Assembly (NCBI GenBank): GCA_950097015.1
Contig: CATNEN010000026.1
Span: 1,178,001-1,242,000, forward strand
Origin: Macrostomum hystrix
Lineage: Eukaryota; Animalia; Platyhelminthes
DNA: 64,000 bases
Direction of reading: 5' to 3'
The position numbers and the translations under genes are program-made. The notes under the pieces are model-generated. The model saw only the letters and a program-made list of their open reading frames with translations. It was not told the DNA's origin and did no database searches. Position 1 is the first letter of the stretch. Every line of letters begins with the position of its first letter. Below, piece by piece: positions 36,491 to 48,429 of the stretch.

Positions 36491-36733
36491 ATGAAGTGGC
36501 AGCTCGTTCTCGGACTCCTGCTGTGCGCCGCCCTGGCCGCCGCCCTGCCCAGCCAGCAGATGTCGAGCGAGGAGGCGGAGACTTTGTCGGCGCTGGAGGC
36601 CCTGTCCAACATCGACCAGTCCAGCTTGGCCGAGGAGGGAGCCGTGCACCTGGCCAAGAAGCGCTTCCGCCTGATCCGTGCCGTCAGGACCGCCGCCACG
36701 ATCGCCAAGGTGGCTGGCATGGTGATGGGCTGA
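36491..36733 (+). CDS. Prepropeptide type B, copy B3 (80 aa, with an A-like GAVHLAKK junction)
   Basis: KK followed by RFRLIRAVRTAATIAKVAGMVMG. Box at 36368-36378 and CTATAAG at ~36391. Confidence 0.9.
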   Translation: MKWQLVLGLLLCAALAAALPSQQMSSEEAETLSALEALSNIDQSSLAEEGAVHLAKKRFRLIRAVRTAATIAKVAGMVMG

Positions 36734-37019
36734 TCTTGACGTTGTCACGGACACCAGCAATGACCGAACTCTGATCCTGACTCTATGATTTTAATTGTCC
36801 TTTTAATGTCAGTTTATATTACGATCGATGATTTTAACAACAGAGCTCTATTAGGCAAATAAAAAACGAAGTCCCAAGCAAAGCTGCAAAAAACCCGTGT
36901 TGTTTTCGATTCTGTCCTTCGAATTGTGAATTATTCATGACGACAATTCGTCTGTTGGACAACTAACTGTTTCGAAATTCTGTAGCTTTCATGCTAACGG
37001 TGCTTTTTTGAGCCTTCGG

Positions 37020-37285
37020 AGGTGTAGCCTGCTGGTTTAGAGCGTCGGACTTATGGTTTGTAGGTCGGGGTTCGATTCCTGACTCCACTGGAACAAGTTT
37101 TGTCATTCAGTAAGAAACTTTACTCTGCATTGCTTCAGTTCACCCCAGTTGTTAAATGGGTATCAGCATCAGCAAGGATAACTGAGGGTGGATGTGGTGG
37201 CCCACAGCAATACCTGCGGGTTTGCTGTCGGCTGTACATCCGACCTTTCTAGAGGCAGGTGAAATCAATTATTATTATTATTGAA
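37020..37285 (+). mobile_element. SINE-like family A copy
   Basis: TGGTTTAGAGCG...GGTTCGATTCC head, shared body, ATT tail. Confidence 0.75.
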
Positions 37286-38073
37286 GGCACTACTCGGATA
37301 AAGGCGTTTAGCTTGCATTGCTATATACTAGAATATTATTGTATCAGGGCTTGGTTTATGTTCATCAACAATAGAATTTGGCCTGCGTTCAAAAATAGTT
37401 TTCGTAAAATTAGTCAAAACTATTTTCTGCATAGTATACTTGAGAACATCTATTTACAGAGATTTGGTTTATTTACAGTGTTGACAAGGAGTGACAGTTA
37501 GAGCAATTTTTTTTGTGCAGCAGAAAGTTCAAGAAAAATGCAATTAATGCGTCACGGCATATGGACATCTTATATTCACAACGATTGTTTAAAAGAATCT
37601 CAATGCAACGGTCGCACAAATGTTAACATGCTCTTTGTCAGATGAACACCTCCTAGAATTCAGTCAAGTCAGCGCTAAAAACTTATTTGGAAAATGGTAA
37701 ATGGACTGTTTAGTTCTACTAGCATTGTTTGAATTGCACTGATGGAATTCGGGCCATGGGAGTTTCATCCCCTCAATCTCCTCCGGAAGAGAAGTTGCGC
37801 TCGTAATTCGAAAACGTATTCGAAGGCTTGGATAAAGAATAAAGATGTAGCCTATTAGTCCCATTCAGAACAACGGACTTTTAGGTCTTCCCATGAGTCA
37901 GTTGGGTGAGTGAAACAGTAATCGAAGTCTACCTTAACTGTCAGTAAGGCATTTACACCTGTTCGACATGTTACCTAGGCAGATGCGTACGTTGGTACTG
38001 ACTTGCTGATCGTCAGGAAAAGTGCACCCTAAAAGAGGTATCACATCTCCTGCGTCAAAAATGAAAGCCTCTA

Positions 38074-39080
38074 TCATGCTTCTATCAGAAATGTGTGTCT
38101 GAGCAATTCATTGGCTGTTGGCCTCTCAACTGGATCGTGCCGAGTACAAAGATTGTAGAGGTCGGCGAGCTGCTGGTTGCAGCAGGCGGGCATCCGCGGC
38201 ATCGGGCAGTACATGACTGCGTAGCAGACGGCCATCACGTTGGAATGGTCAGAGTGGGGCGGCCGGCCACACAGAAGCTCGAACACTGCGCAGCCCAGCG
38301 CAAATACGTCCGACTTAGCTGAGTACGCCTGCGATTCGTACACCTCGGGAGCCATGAAACGATGCGTACCAGCCAGAGAGTGCTTGACTTCAGGCGCACC
38401 TGCGGCGTTGTTGGACTGCACCGCCAGGCCGAGGTCTACCAGCTTTACCACGCTGCCCCGGCTAGTGATCATGATGTTCGAGCCTTTTACGTCACGATGA
38501 ATTATTGACGGGTCGCGGCTGTGCAGGTAGTGAAGGCCGTGGCATGCCTGGTGGAAAATCCATAATGTCAAAGCTGGGTTCATGACCTGATAACTTCTTT
38601 CGACTGTTATGAAAGATACGATTTTCCAGCAATACCCTTGCTTACTTGTGTGATAATGGACCGCATGTCGTCCTCGCTAAAAGGGCCGTCACGGCGCAGC
38701 TCGCACAGATTCCGGCCGTCGATGAGCTCCATGACCACGTAGAGCAGTCCGGGCTCGCTAGAACTGTCAAAGTGCAGATAGCGAACCACATTTTCGTGCC
38801 GCAGTCTCAGGAGGAATTCGGCGCCTCGAATCTCCCGCTTATAATCGTGATCCGGACTGTCGCCCTGTCCACGTCGACGGATATTTGGGCTTCTGCCGAC
38901 TTCCTTGATGGCGGCTGGCTGGCCTTTGAAGGTGCCGCGCAGCACCCGGCCGAAGGCACCCTCGCCGATGACATCAGGCTTCTGGTTGGGTGGACCGATG
39001 GTCCAGACGCGGCTTGGCGGCTGACGGCTGAGTCGCGAAACGGAGCCTGCTAGGCTTGGCAGTCTGGTCCGACTGCTCAT
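38074..39080 (-). CDS. Compact Ser/Thr protein kinase, STE/MAP3K-like (exons 39080-38646 and 38547-38074, ~302 aa)
   Basis: Motifs GEGAFGRV, AAIK, HRDVKGSN, DLG and GTHRFMAPEV are present. The splice gives SIITQ|ACHGLHYLH. TATAAAA lies at ~39150 on the minus strand. Confidence 0.9.
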
Positions 39081-39179
39081 GGGATTGGTGAAGGATGATA
39101 ATGTACTCGTAGTTTAACAGTAGGACTACCAATCCATTTGGCCGCCCGTTTTTATACCAAGGGGGGAATCCCCCTGACA

Positions 39180-39668
39180 ATTATTTGTGCTGCACCCGAG
39201 CAGAGCAATGCAAGCCAACGAAACTCAAGAACACGGGCCAACTTTTTGTTGCGCATCTTCTGGAACAATAATCAAGTCGCCAGCCCTTCATAACGTTGAA
39301 ATATTCAATGATTCTGGTCAAGAGTCAGATTTTTCCCACAAGAGTGTAGTGCAGCAGCTCCATCTTGATCAATGTCGGTGACCACCGAAGTTGGAAATGA
39401 TGCAGGCACATTCGGGGGACTTGCCGAAAAAAATTGAAGGCTTGGCAAGGCCGCACTGAGGAGCAGTGCAAACTCGTGTTTGGGGTGTATGAAGTACACT
39501 AGCTCTTATGGGAAAATCAGACCTTCGCCAGAACCATTGAATATCTCGACGGTCTAACTAAAGGGCTCGCGACTTGATTCTTGTTTCAGAAGATGCGCAA
39601 CAAAAAGTTGGCCCGTGTTCTTGAGTTTCGTGTGCTTGCGTTGCTCCGTTCGGGTGCAGCAAAAATAA
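39180..39668. mobile_element. MITE with ~88-bp terminal inverted repeats
   Basis: TTATTTGTGCTGCACCCGAG...GAAACTCAAGAACACGGGCCAACTTTTTGTTGCGCATCTTCTG is mirrored at 39581-39668. Confidence 0.85.
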
Positions 39669-41704
39669 TTTTCAGCGGGGACTTCCACCCCTTGGTATTT
39701 TTACTGTCAACTGAATCTGGCTGAACTGAAATCTTAATAGAGACTATTAAAGTTTGATAAATATGCATTAAAGCTACCTGCTTGAAGCCTGATTGGCGGC
39801 GTCAAATCCTACTGACAAACTACCGGCTCGTGTAGGCAGCCCAGCGGAAGACTTTGGTCGATGGATCAACGGGAATAGAGTTGACATTAGCTAGGTAGCT
39901 CTTTGGGTTGCAAAATACAATGCTGACATTTGATTGCGTGCCGACAGTGACTGTCGTGCTGCTATATACATTTACAATGGTATAGTGTAGACTTGCAGCA
40001 GTGCTAAATACAGAAACGTAGAAGCGTGTCGTCATCTACCTATAGATAATTTTAGCTTCCATTATGTTAGTCTACGTCACGCACAAGAACTTTTCTCCGA
40101 AAATAGCAGGTGAACCCGAAATTCCGTCTCTGTGCTGAGACGGCAAAGCTGGCGAGGATTTAGGCGAAGCATAGTGCTACTTTTCATAATTTTTTTCTCT
40201 CGCCATTCCCGTTCCTGAGCTGTCAAAAAAACACTGAAAAAACGGAACGTCAGTCACCTGACCATGAAAAGGTGCTCAAAGCAGCTGTGGACCTCTAACG
40301 GGGTGAGCCCTCACCATTCGCTCTATTGTCTGTGACGCCAGGTCAAGCCCTAACTCAAAACTCCAGGCTCTCCCTTTGCTCTCTCTCTCTCTACGAGGGG
40401 TGGAGTGAGGAAGCCCAAAAGATTTCTATGTTTTGAAGCAACAATTGCATAAAACACTCCGAAAAGGTACATTATGACCCTTGAATACTACTCTCAAAGG
40501 CAGTAGATGCAAACTAGGACGCTAAAGTGTATAAAAAGTTGTGGTTCCAAGTCAGCTTCATCTTACAAAGACCTCCTATTTCAGTTTGCCGAATGATTAC
40601 CAGGATGAGGCCAAGAGTAAGCTGGACTTGGGTTTATCACTTCTGCGTTGCCAATCTAAAGGGAACAGAATGCCTTCGTATTCGTAGATAAGCACTGAAA
40701 AGTGTGAGACCGGAGCAGTCAGAGTAACTATGAATGATCATATTTTAATGAGCCATACTTGTATGCATTTTAGTTTTATGCAAAAAGCGAGGTAAAAACT
40801 GTCATTTGAAACAGCGAGCCATGAGGTAAATTTAACGCTTTAATATTAGCTCCAGAAAAATGGAAATCACTAAAGCAGGAAGGGGCCTCTAATTCATTCG
40901 TCTTTCTGCGCGTGTGCTGTGTAGGTTTCCGAGGCTCAAAGTGGTTGGACTGAGGTGATGCGGAGAGACAGACATCAGATATAGAACAGATCTAAATGCC
41001 GAGTTGCAGATTCAAGCGACTCAACTGTTGCAATGGCAAGTGTTAGAGGGTTTTAGACTGCATTTAAGTATCCGCGCACTAAACTTAGGTTTTATGTCCG
41101 ACCAACCATCACCTCTCTCTCTACCTTCAAAGTCTCTCCATATGCTGACGTTATTTTGGAGCCTGCAACAATGCTCAGAAACTCAGAAGATAAAACCCAA
41201 GAGAGAAAAAAAGAAGAAAATTTTTCAGTCAATAGTAAAACAGATAATTCCACTACCCCGACTTTCTACAATGAGCAGTTCGAAGCATTGCATTGAGTAG
41301 CTCCACTCTGCGCGGTGTGTAATTGTTATTGTCAGAAGTGTGTCAGAGCTAAGTGCGACTGCTGCTGTTTGTTGAGAATTCTAAGCATTTAACTATTGCA
41401 TTTATTTTCGCATTTTTGCAGCCAAACCTTTGCACCTCCTTGCTTTGCTATTCTCTCTCTGCCTTAGATACGACAGCATTAGATAATTTATCATTTTCCT
41501 CTACGCTCGTATGTACATAGTAGCTGTAACTGTTGAAGCATCAAGCCAGGTCTACCACCAGATTCCTGATTAGATCTCTATCCATGTGTTTCACAAGACC
41601 TCTATTCTATTTTTCGCTGGGACCTTGAAAATTACCTTCAAAAGTTTTGCTTACCACCGTCATAAATAGTCTTATCCATTAGTATAGATAATAATAATAA
41701 TAAT

Positions 41705-42045
41705 AATTGCAGGAGGGCTGCGGGCAATGGCACATAATTTGGTGACACTAGACCCGTAGCCAGCGAGGAGGCAGTTCTGCTCATCTCGCTGACTCCTGAG
41801 CACGCAGGTACACAGATACCGTACGCAGGCACACACTCACACATCTGCCATGACTTTCTCATCGTCAGGCAGTGTACACTCTCACTGTGCCTTGGAGGTT
41901 GGCCCTCAAGGGCGTAAGTTGCACGACAAGTCCCCAAGCCTTCTCTCCGCGGCTGCGCCTAAAAAAATGTGACCTCGCCGCGGAATCGAGCTCAGGGACA
42001 TCGTTGCGAGAGCCAAACGCGTTGACTACTCTGCCACTGTCCCAT
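41705..42045 (-). mobile_element. Near full-length SINE-like family B copy
   Basis: Reverse complement begins GGGACAGTGGCAGAGTAGTCAACGCG...GAGCTCGATTCC (tRNA-like A/B boxes) and ends in an (ATT)n tail. Confidence 0.8.
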
Positions 42046-42712
42046 TACTGATCAATTAGTACTATAAGTCGGGCATGCTATTTCACTAGATATCCAACCA
42101 CATGTAAAGTAATTTTAACATTAGCACAAAAGTGCAACGGGGAGTCACGAGTAAGTTTTGTTCTCTTTAATTTTCTGTTATGTATTGAGGTAAGCGTGCA
42201 TATCGCAACAGTGCAAAGATTGGATTACTTTCTATGAATACTTCTCGATAAAGGAAAATACGAGTTGTAATAACTATCATATCTAACGGCAAAAGTTAGT
42301 AATAGATAACAGCAGTGAATACAATCAAATAGTTCTGTAACTTTACTGTACTAAAATGCCGCGTCGATAATTTAAACGTGTCCGAAAGTTAGTTTTGTTT
42401 GGCTAATCTTGTCAATCGTTGACTTCAGATTCCTGCATAGATTTTGCAAACAACTTAACTGTTACCAATATAATAATAATATTTTTACATAATACGTACG
42501 TTTATATGCTACACAATAGTGTACATTATCCATGGGAAATGACTTGATAATGGGAATAATGAGGATGAGAATTGTGAATGAAATTATTCATGCCTAGACG
42601 AGCCCTACTTTCCTGCCGTCAGTCTTTCGGATAGTTGGAACTATTGAAAATTAAATATCCAATTGAAAGATAATTAGCGAAAAGGTGAATGTCATTTGGC
42701 CAGCAGGAGCCT

Positions 42713-44060
42713 CTAGCTTCTGTGGTTGCTAGGTGGTCTCCGGGGCTGGTCCGCCTGCGGCGGCGGCTGCTGCCACGGGAGCGAGTGCCGCAGCTGCGCC
42801 TGAGCTCGACGTCGGCGCCACGTTGAAAATCCCCTGGCCGGATCAGCCGAGTGGTCGCTGATGGAGGAGCGGCCGCTGCTGGACATAAACGACGCTTCCA
42901 GCCGTGATGCGGAGTCCAACGTGCCAGTGCTGGCACCTCCGTCATCTTCCTCGCCTTCGCTGTCATAGTCGGGTGGCGGATCGTACTCTTCGTCAACAGC
43001 GGTATCGTCGGCAGCAATGGCGGACGCGGTTGCAGCGACGATGACGTTGTCTCGATTGCCACCGTTGACAGCTGTGAATTTTGCTCCATTGGCGTCGGCA
43101 GTAGCTGCATCGCGAATCTCTGAGCGGCGAATGTAGGCTCCACTGGGCGCTTTCGAGTCTGAGCGCAACGGCTGTTCGGTCCTACGCAGCAGCACATTGC
43201 CGTGGCTGCGGCTCAGCGTATCGTAGTCTCGCGGCGGATGAAGCAGCGGAGCGCCGCTATTGTCGCGAAGTTTCTGCTTCAATTCCTCCGTGACTTGAGC
43301 GCCGACAACCTGCGGCGGCTGTTGCGGAGGCGGCGGAGGCGGCGGAGGCGGCGGAGGCGGCGGCGGTGGAGGAGGAGGTGGTGGAGCTGGGGCAGGCAGA
43401 TGTGGCGAGTGTAGCTGAGAAGATGGACGGCTGCCGCTGCTGCGACTGCCACCACCTCCACCGGCTGTCGATTCCGAGGTCACCGGCTCGAAGTAGCCAC
43501 TTGGCCTGGCCTCACCCCTCCGGACTAGCTCCAGCTCCAGCTGCCGCACTCCGTGCAGATGCTGCGGACTGCTCAGGCAGCGGACCATCCGACCCGCGAA
43601 TTCTGACACCTCCTCGAGCGAGTTGCCACGCCACACATGAACGTGAACAGATCGATTAGACTCTTCGTTGTAGCCTGCGGAAGACAAAAGCTTCATTTAT
43701 TCATTCAAGTGTTTTAATGAGGTGGGTTAGTCTTAAAGCAGCTCACCAAACAGGATGAGCGAAAACACCAATGGGTCGGAGCCGCCATCCTCCTGCTGCG
43801 CAAATGTAATGTCCTGCACTGGCACTGATGGGTAGCGACCGCCGGTTCGCAATCCCGTCCTGGGATCCATCTCCCAGATGCGCAGCTTGCGCTTGTCGAA
43901 CTCCAGCACGTGACGCTTGAGCTGGAAGCGCTGACTGCTGCGTCTGCTGAGCAGGTCGCGCACAACTGGCTGCACAAACTGCCTGCCGCAGAGGCCTTCC
44001 GTGGGCTTCCAGCCCAGGTACTCGGCACCCAGGCTGAACGAAGAGGCCGACATTCGATTT
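42713..44060 (-). CDS. PTB/PH-like domain + polyproline + acidic tail protein (exons ~44060-43747 and 43674-42713; 5' end not resolved)
   Basis: The spliced product AEYLGWKPTEGLCG...ITFA...VFSLILF|GYNEESNRSVHVHVWR has a PTB-like pattern, followed by a long Pro run. The GT-AG intron keeps phase. Confidence 0.65.
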
Positions 44061-45104
44061 CTGGTATTCTAAAGATTAATTCTGCAATCTATGAAATGGC
44101 AACACACTGACGCATCAATGAGAATACCGATCGATTCAAAACGCAGATCACATTTGGATGCGCCAATGAAAATGGTCGGCAAATTCAGCCAGAAACTTTG
44201 TTTTCTAGGCGAACTTGCTCTCTGCCACAGCCTCTCCGTTGGCTATATTCTTGAGTATTATTGTTCTGAGTTTGTTAGTTTATTGGATTCTACTGCTCTC
44301 GCTACTGGCTGAGGTCTACTCAGTGTTCAGGGGACAAGGTTTTGAATGAGTGAGATATAGAGAGAAGCTGTGGAGTTTGCCGCTTGGGTTGCAATGTCTC
44401 ATTCCAACTACAGAGAGCTCCTCGCTGCACCTTCTCTGCCATTCACGGAGCGCGCATTCTCTGTCCATCTACCTATTACCTTTGTCTTCATTATCCATGG
44501 CCAGATTTTTAATTGTGCGCCTGGGTAGAGGGGGCCAGTAGAACTGGGCAAGTACAGCACACTGCGGCGTCTCAGCTGTGGGCTTTCATTTCTCTCTGTT
44601 TTTCCTGGTCAGCCGCCCACACTGCCACCCAGCCAAGGTCTTAAAATGGCTGGCTGCCTGAAGGTTGCAAAAATACTCAAAAGGTTTTTGTCGTTGAAAA
44701 AAAAATATTCTACTTTACTGGCCTCTCGCCTGTGGGCTCGCCTTGGAATGAGGTTGGTAGGAGCGGAATGGGCAAGTGCTTCTTCTTGCATTTCTCTGCA
44801 CTTAGTTTTGTATGGAGCAAAGTCAGAGCTTTCTTAATTCTTTGTTTCCTTCTCACTGTTTGTGATACGGCTAAAGCAATGGTTGACCACAGATTTAGCA
44901 AATTTTTTAACTCGTTAAAGTCTGAAGCTTAAATTTATCTCTACATAATTTATCGTTGTAGCGACTCTCGTCAGTACTTCAGCATCAAAGCAATCGAAAC
45001 GTGGCTAATCAGATGTTTCTTAGAATTAAGAAGAACTAGACGCTAAACTACTTGCATTTCTGAATTACCTTGCTATTATAAAGTTATTCAAATTGCTAGT
45101 TCGT

Positions 45105-46302
45105 CGAATTTCTAAGTTCATCGAATTCCCAGTTCATCGAACTCCCAGTTCATCGAATTTCCAGTTCATCGAATTTCCAGTTCATCGAATTTCCAGTTCA
45201 TCGAATTCCCAGTTCATCGAACTCCCAGTTCATCGAACTCCCAGTTCATCGAATTCCCAGTAAATCGAATTCCCAGTTAATCGAATTCCCAGTTCATCGA
45301 ACTCCCAGTTCATCGTATTTCCAGTTCATCGAATTTCCAGTTCATCGAATTTCCAGTTCATCGAATTCCCAGTTCATCGAACTCCCAGTTCATCGAACTC
45401 CCAGTTCATCGAATTCCCAGTTAATCGAATTCCCAGTTAATCGAATTCCCAGTTCATCGAACTCCCAGTTCATCGAATTCCCAGTTAATCGAATTCCCAG
45501 TTAATCGAATTCCCAGTTAATCGAATTCCCAGTTAATCGAATTTCCAGTTCATCGAATTTCCAGTTCATCGAATTCCCAGTTCATCGAACTCCCAGTTCA
45601 TCGAATTTCCAGTTCATCGAATTTCCACTTCATCGAATTTCCAGTTCATCGAATTTCCAGTTCATCGAACTCCCAGTTCATCGAATTTCCAGTTCATCGA
45701 ATTTCCAGTTCATCGAATTTCCAGTTCATCGAATTTCCAGTTCATCGAATTCCCAGTTCATCGAACTCCCAGTTCATCGAACTCCCAGTTCATCGAATTC
45801 CCAGTTCATCGAATTCCCAGTTAATCGAATTCCCAGTTCATCGAACTCCCAGTTCATCGAATTCCCAGTTAATCGAATTCCCAGTTCATCGAATTCCCAG
45901 TTAATCGAATTCCCAGTTCATCGAATTTCCAGTTCATCGAATTTCCAGTTCATCGAATTTCCAGTTCATCGAATTTCCAGTTCATCGAATTCCCAGTTCA
46001 TCGAATTTCCAGTTAATCGAATTTCCAGTTCATCGAATTTCCAGTTCATCGAATTTCCAGTTCATCGAATTTCCAGTTCGTCGAATTCCTAGTTCATCGA
46101 ATTTCCAGTTCATCGAATTTCCAGTTCATCGAATTTCCAGTTCATCGAATTTCCAGTTCATAGAATTTCCAGTTCATCGAATTTCCAGTTCATCGAATTC
46201 CCAGTTCATCGAACTCCCAGTTCGTCGAATTTCCAGTTCGTCGAATTCCCAGTTCATCGAACTCCCAGTTCGTCGAATTTCCAGTTCATCGAATTCCCAG
46301 TC
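45105..46302. repeat. 16-bp minisatellite CCAGTTCATCGAATT(T/C)
   Basis: About 75 tandem units visible. Confidence 0.95.
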
Positions 46303-46739
46303 CAACAGTTAGTATGTAGAATTCACTCTTTTACTATATTACCCGATTTGATGTGTTTGCACAGCTATAGACTGAAATACAAGCGTAGCCAGGTGAGAAG
46401 TTATTTTGACAAAATTCAACCTCTGAACCTCTCGAATTTATTGCTCTTTTTATTACGTTGAAAACCGGTTCAATTTAGCACAGCTCCACATGCCACAATT
46501 AAGGCCAATTATTTATCAAGTAAATATTACCCTCAACTTTGTCCAAGCCTTTGTTCGTCACGCACAAAGAATTGAAAATTTCTCAGTGCAGGTGTTATAA
46601 ATCTCATTGACTTGCGGCTTCACAGAATGGTATAACACAACTGTATTATTTGAAATATCAAGCTACGCAAGAGAGTTGGTACACTCTACTTACAGTAATC
46701 AGGCTCGAGTTGGGACAAGTTCAGCGTTCCGCGTTTAGT

Positions 46740-47105
46740 GTTCCACTGCTTCCACTGTTTCCACTGCTTCCACTGTTTCCACTGCTGCCACTGTTTCCAC
46801 TGCTTCCACTGTTTCCACTGCTGCCACTGTTTCCACTGCTTCCACTGTTTCCACTGCTTCCACTGTTTCCACTGCTTCCACTGTTCCACTGCTTCCACTG
46901 TTTCCACTGCTTCCACTGCTTCTACTGTGTCCACTGCTTCCACTGTTTCCACTGCTTCCACTGCTTCTACTGTGTCCACTGCTTCCACTGCTTCCACTGC
47001 TTCCACTGTTTCCACTGCTTCCACTGTTCCACTGCTTCCACTGTTTCCACTGCTTCCACTGCTTCTACTGTGTCCACTGCTTCCACTGCTTCCACTGCTT
47101 CCAGT
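46740..47105. repeat. 9-bp minisatellite TTCCACTG(C/T)
   Basis: Tandem units visible. Confidence 0.95.
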
Positions 47106-48429
47106 TCCATTCCAATCTTTGCACTAGGCTTTCATTGCATCCTCTATCTACCTTTGATGCCTCTACCTCTACCTCTATATTTAAGATCACTTGCTCTGTT
47201 GAACAATTACCCTCTATCTACAGTGCTCAGGGCTCATTGATCGATCACAAAGCCTTTGAATTTGTCAATATTAATGTGGGCTCATTACAAAACTGCTAGC
47301 CGCACGCATCACAGGAACACACCCCCTAGCAACCAGCGATGCATTCCTTCAACACCGGGTGCTCACACTCTCATGGCGGCTTATCAGCTGGGCACCGTCG
47401 GATTGAATCCGCCCGCATGTTCTCTCATCCCCTCGGGGGGCAAAAGCGACTCACGTAACGCGTGGCTGGGCTCCCATGGCTCATCTGGAGTAGTCTCCCT
47501 GGCGCGAGCTTCTGAGAACTGCCGCCTCCTAACAGAGTCGTGTAATTTTAAATTAATCCCAATCGAACATATCTGACAAGCACTAGGGGAGGGCGAGAGT
47601 GGGAAGAGAGCTCTCTAAAGACGAGAGAGATCCCGCTTTACTCTCGCTATAGTACTTATCTCGGCATGAGTTGCTTCTTCCCTAAGCCTGGCAAAACATC
47701 TTCAAACAGCAGCTTGCAACATCCTGCTTCTGGTGGCTACCAATGGGACGCACCGCACGGAGGACGCACCGAGGGCCTCAGTCCTTCATTGGATGCCTTT
47801 CCTCGGCAGGATTTCATGCTAACCTCAGATTTCTACCCCTCTCTGGGACTTCCTTTTTCTGATTATGCCTTTGAAAAAGGCCAACATCAGCCGGAGATAT
47901 CCTCTTTCATTCATTCTAACTGACTAGGATTCCAGTGTTTTGTTGATGCTGCTGTGGCGGCAACTTGCTTGCCTTCATCACTGCAGCTGCTGTAAGTAGA
48001 ATCTTACACTTCTGTTAGTGCTTAGTGCTGTTTTTGAAGGGACTGCTTGCATTTGGTTCTCGGGGCTCGAGCTCACTCAGGAATCACTTAGTGGGTATCG
48101 AAGGTAAGCCGCCGTTGCGTCCCAGCCTATGGGTCTATCGGTCAGTTTTTATTACTACGAGAGCGAGTTGATTCTCGTCAAAAGGATTGGACAAGTAATT
48201 AGCTCTCTTGTGCTCACCAACAATTCAATTCTCTGTGAGACCGATTGTATCGTCTATTTGTGAGCACTTTTACGCCCTCAAGGGTGTAAATTTCACGATA
48301 AACCCTTAAGCCTTCTTTTCTCGTCTGCGTCCCGAGCGATAGCGGTCTCGCCATGGATTCGAGTTCAGGGGCCTTGCTACGAGAGTCGAGTTTTTGGTAT
48401 CGAGAAATGGGGGAAAGGTCAAAACGTGC

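Noticed and set aside
45105-46302. Long regular arrays (also 6768-7175, 10090-10535, 60125-60665) considered as CRISPR arrays
   Set aside because: The units are head-to-tail with no unique spacers, there are no cas genes, and the context is eukaryotic. They are minisatellites.
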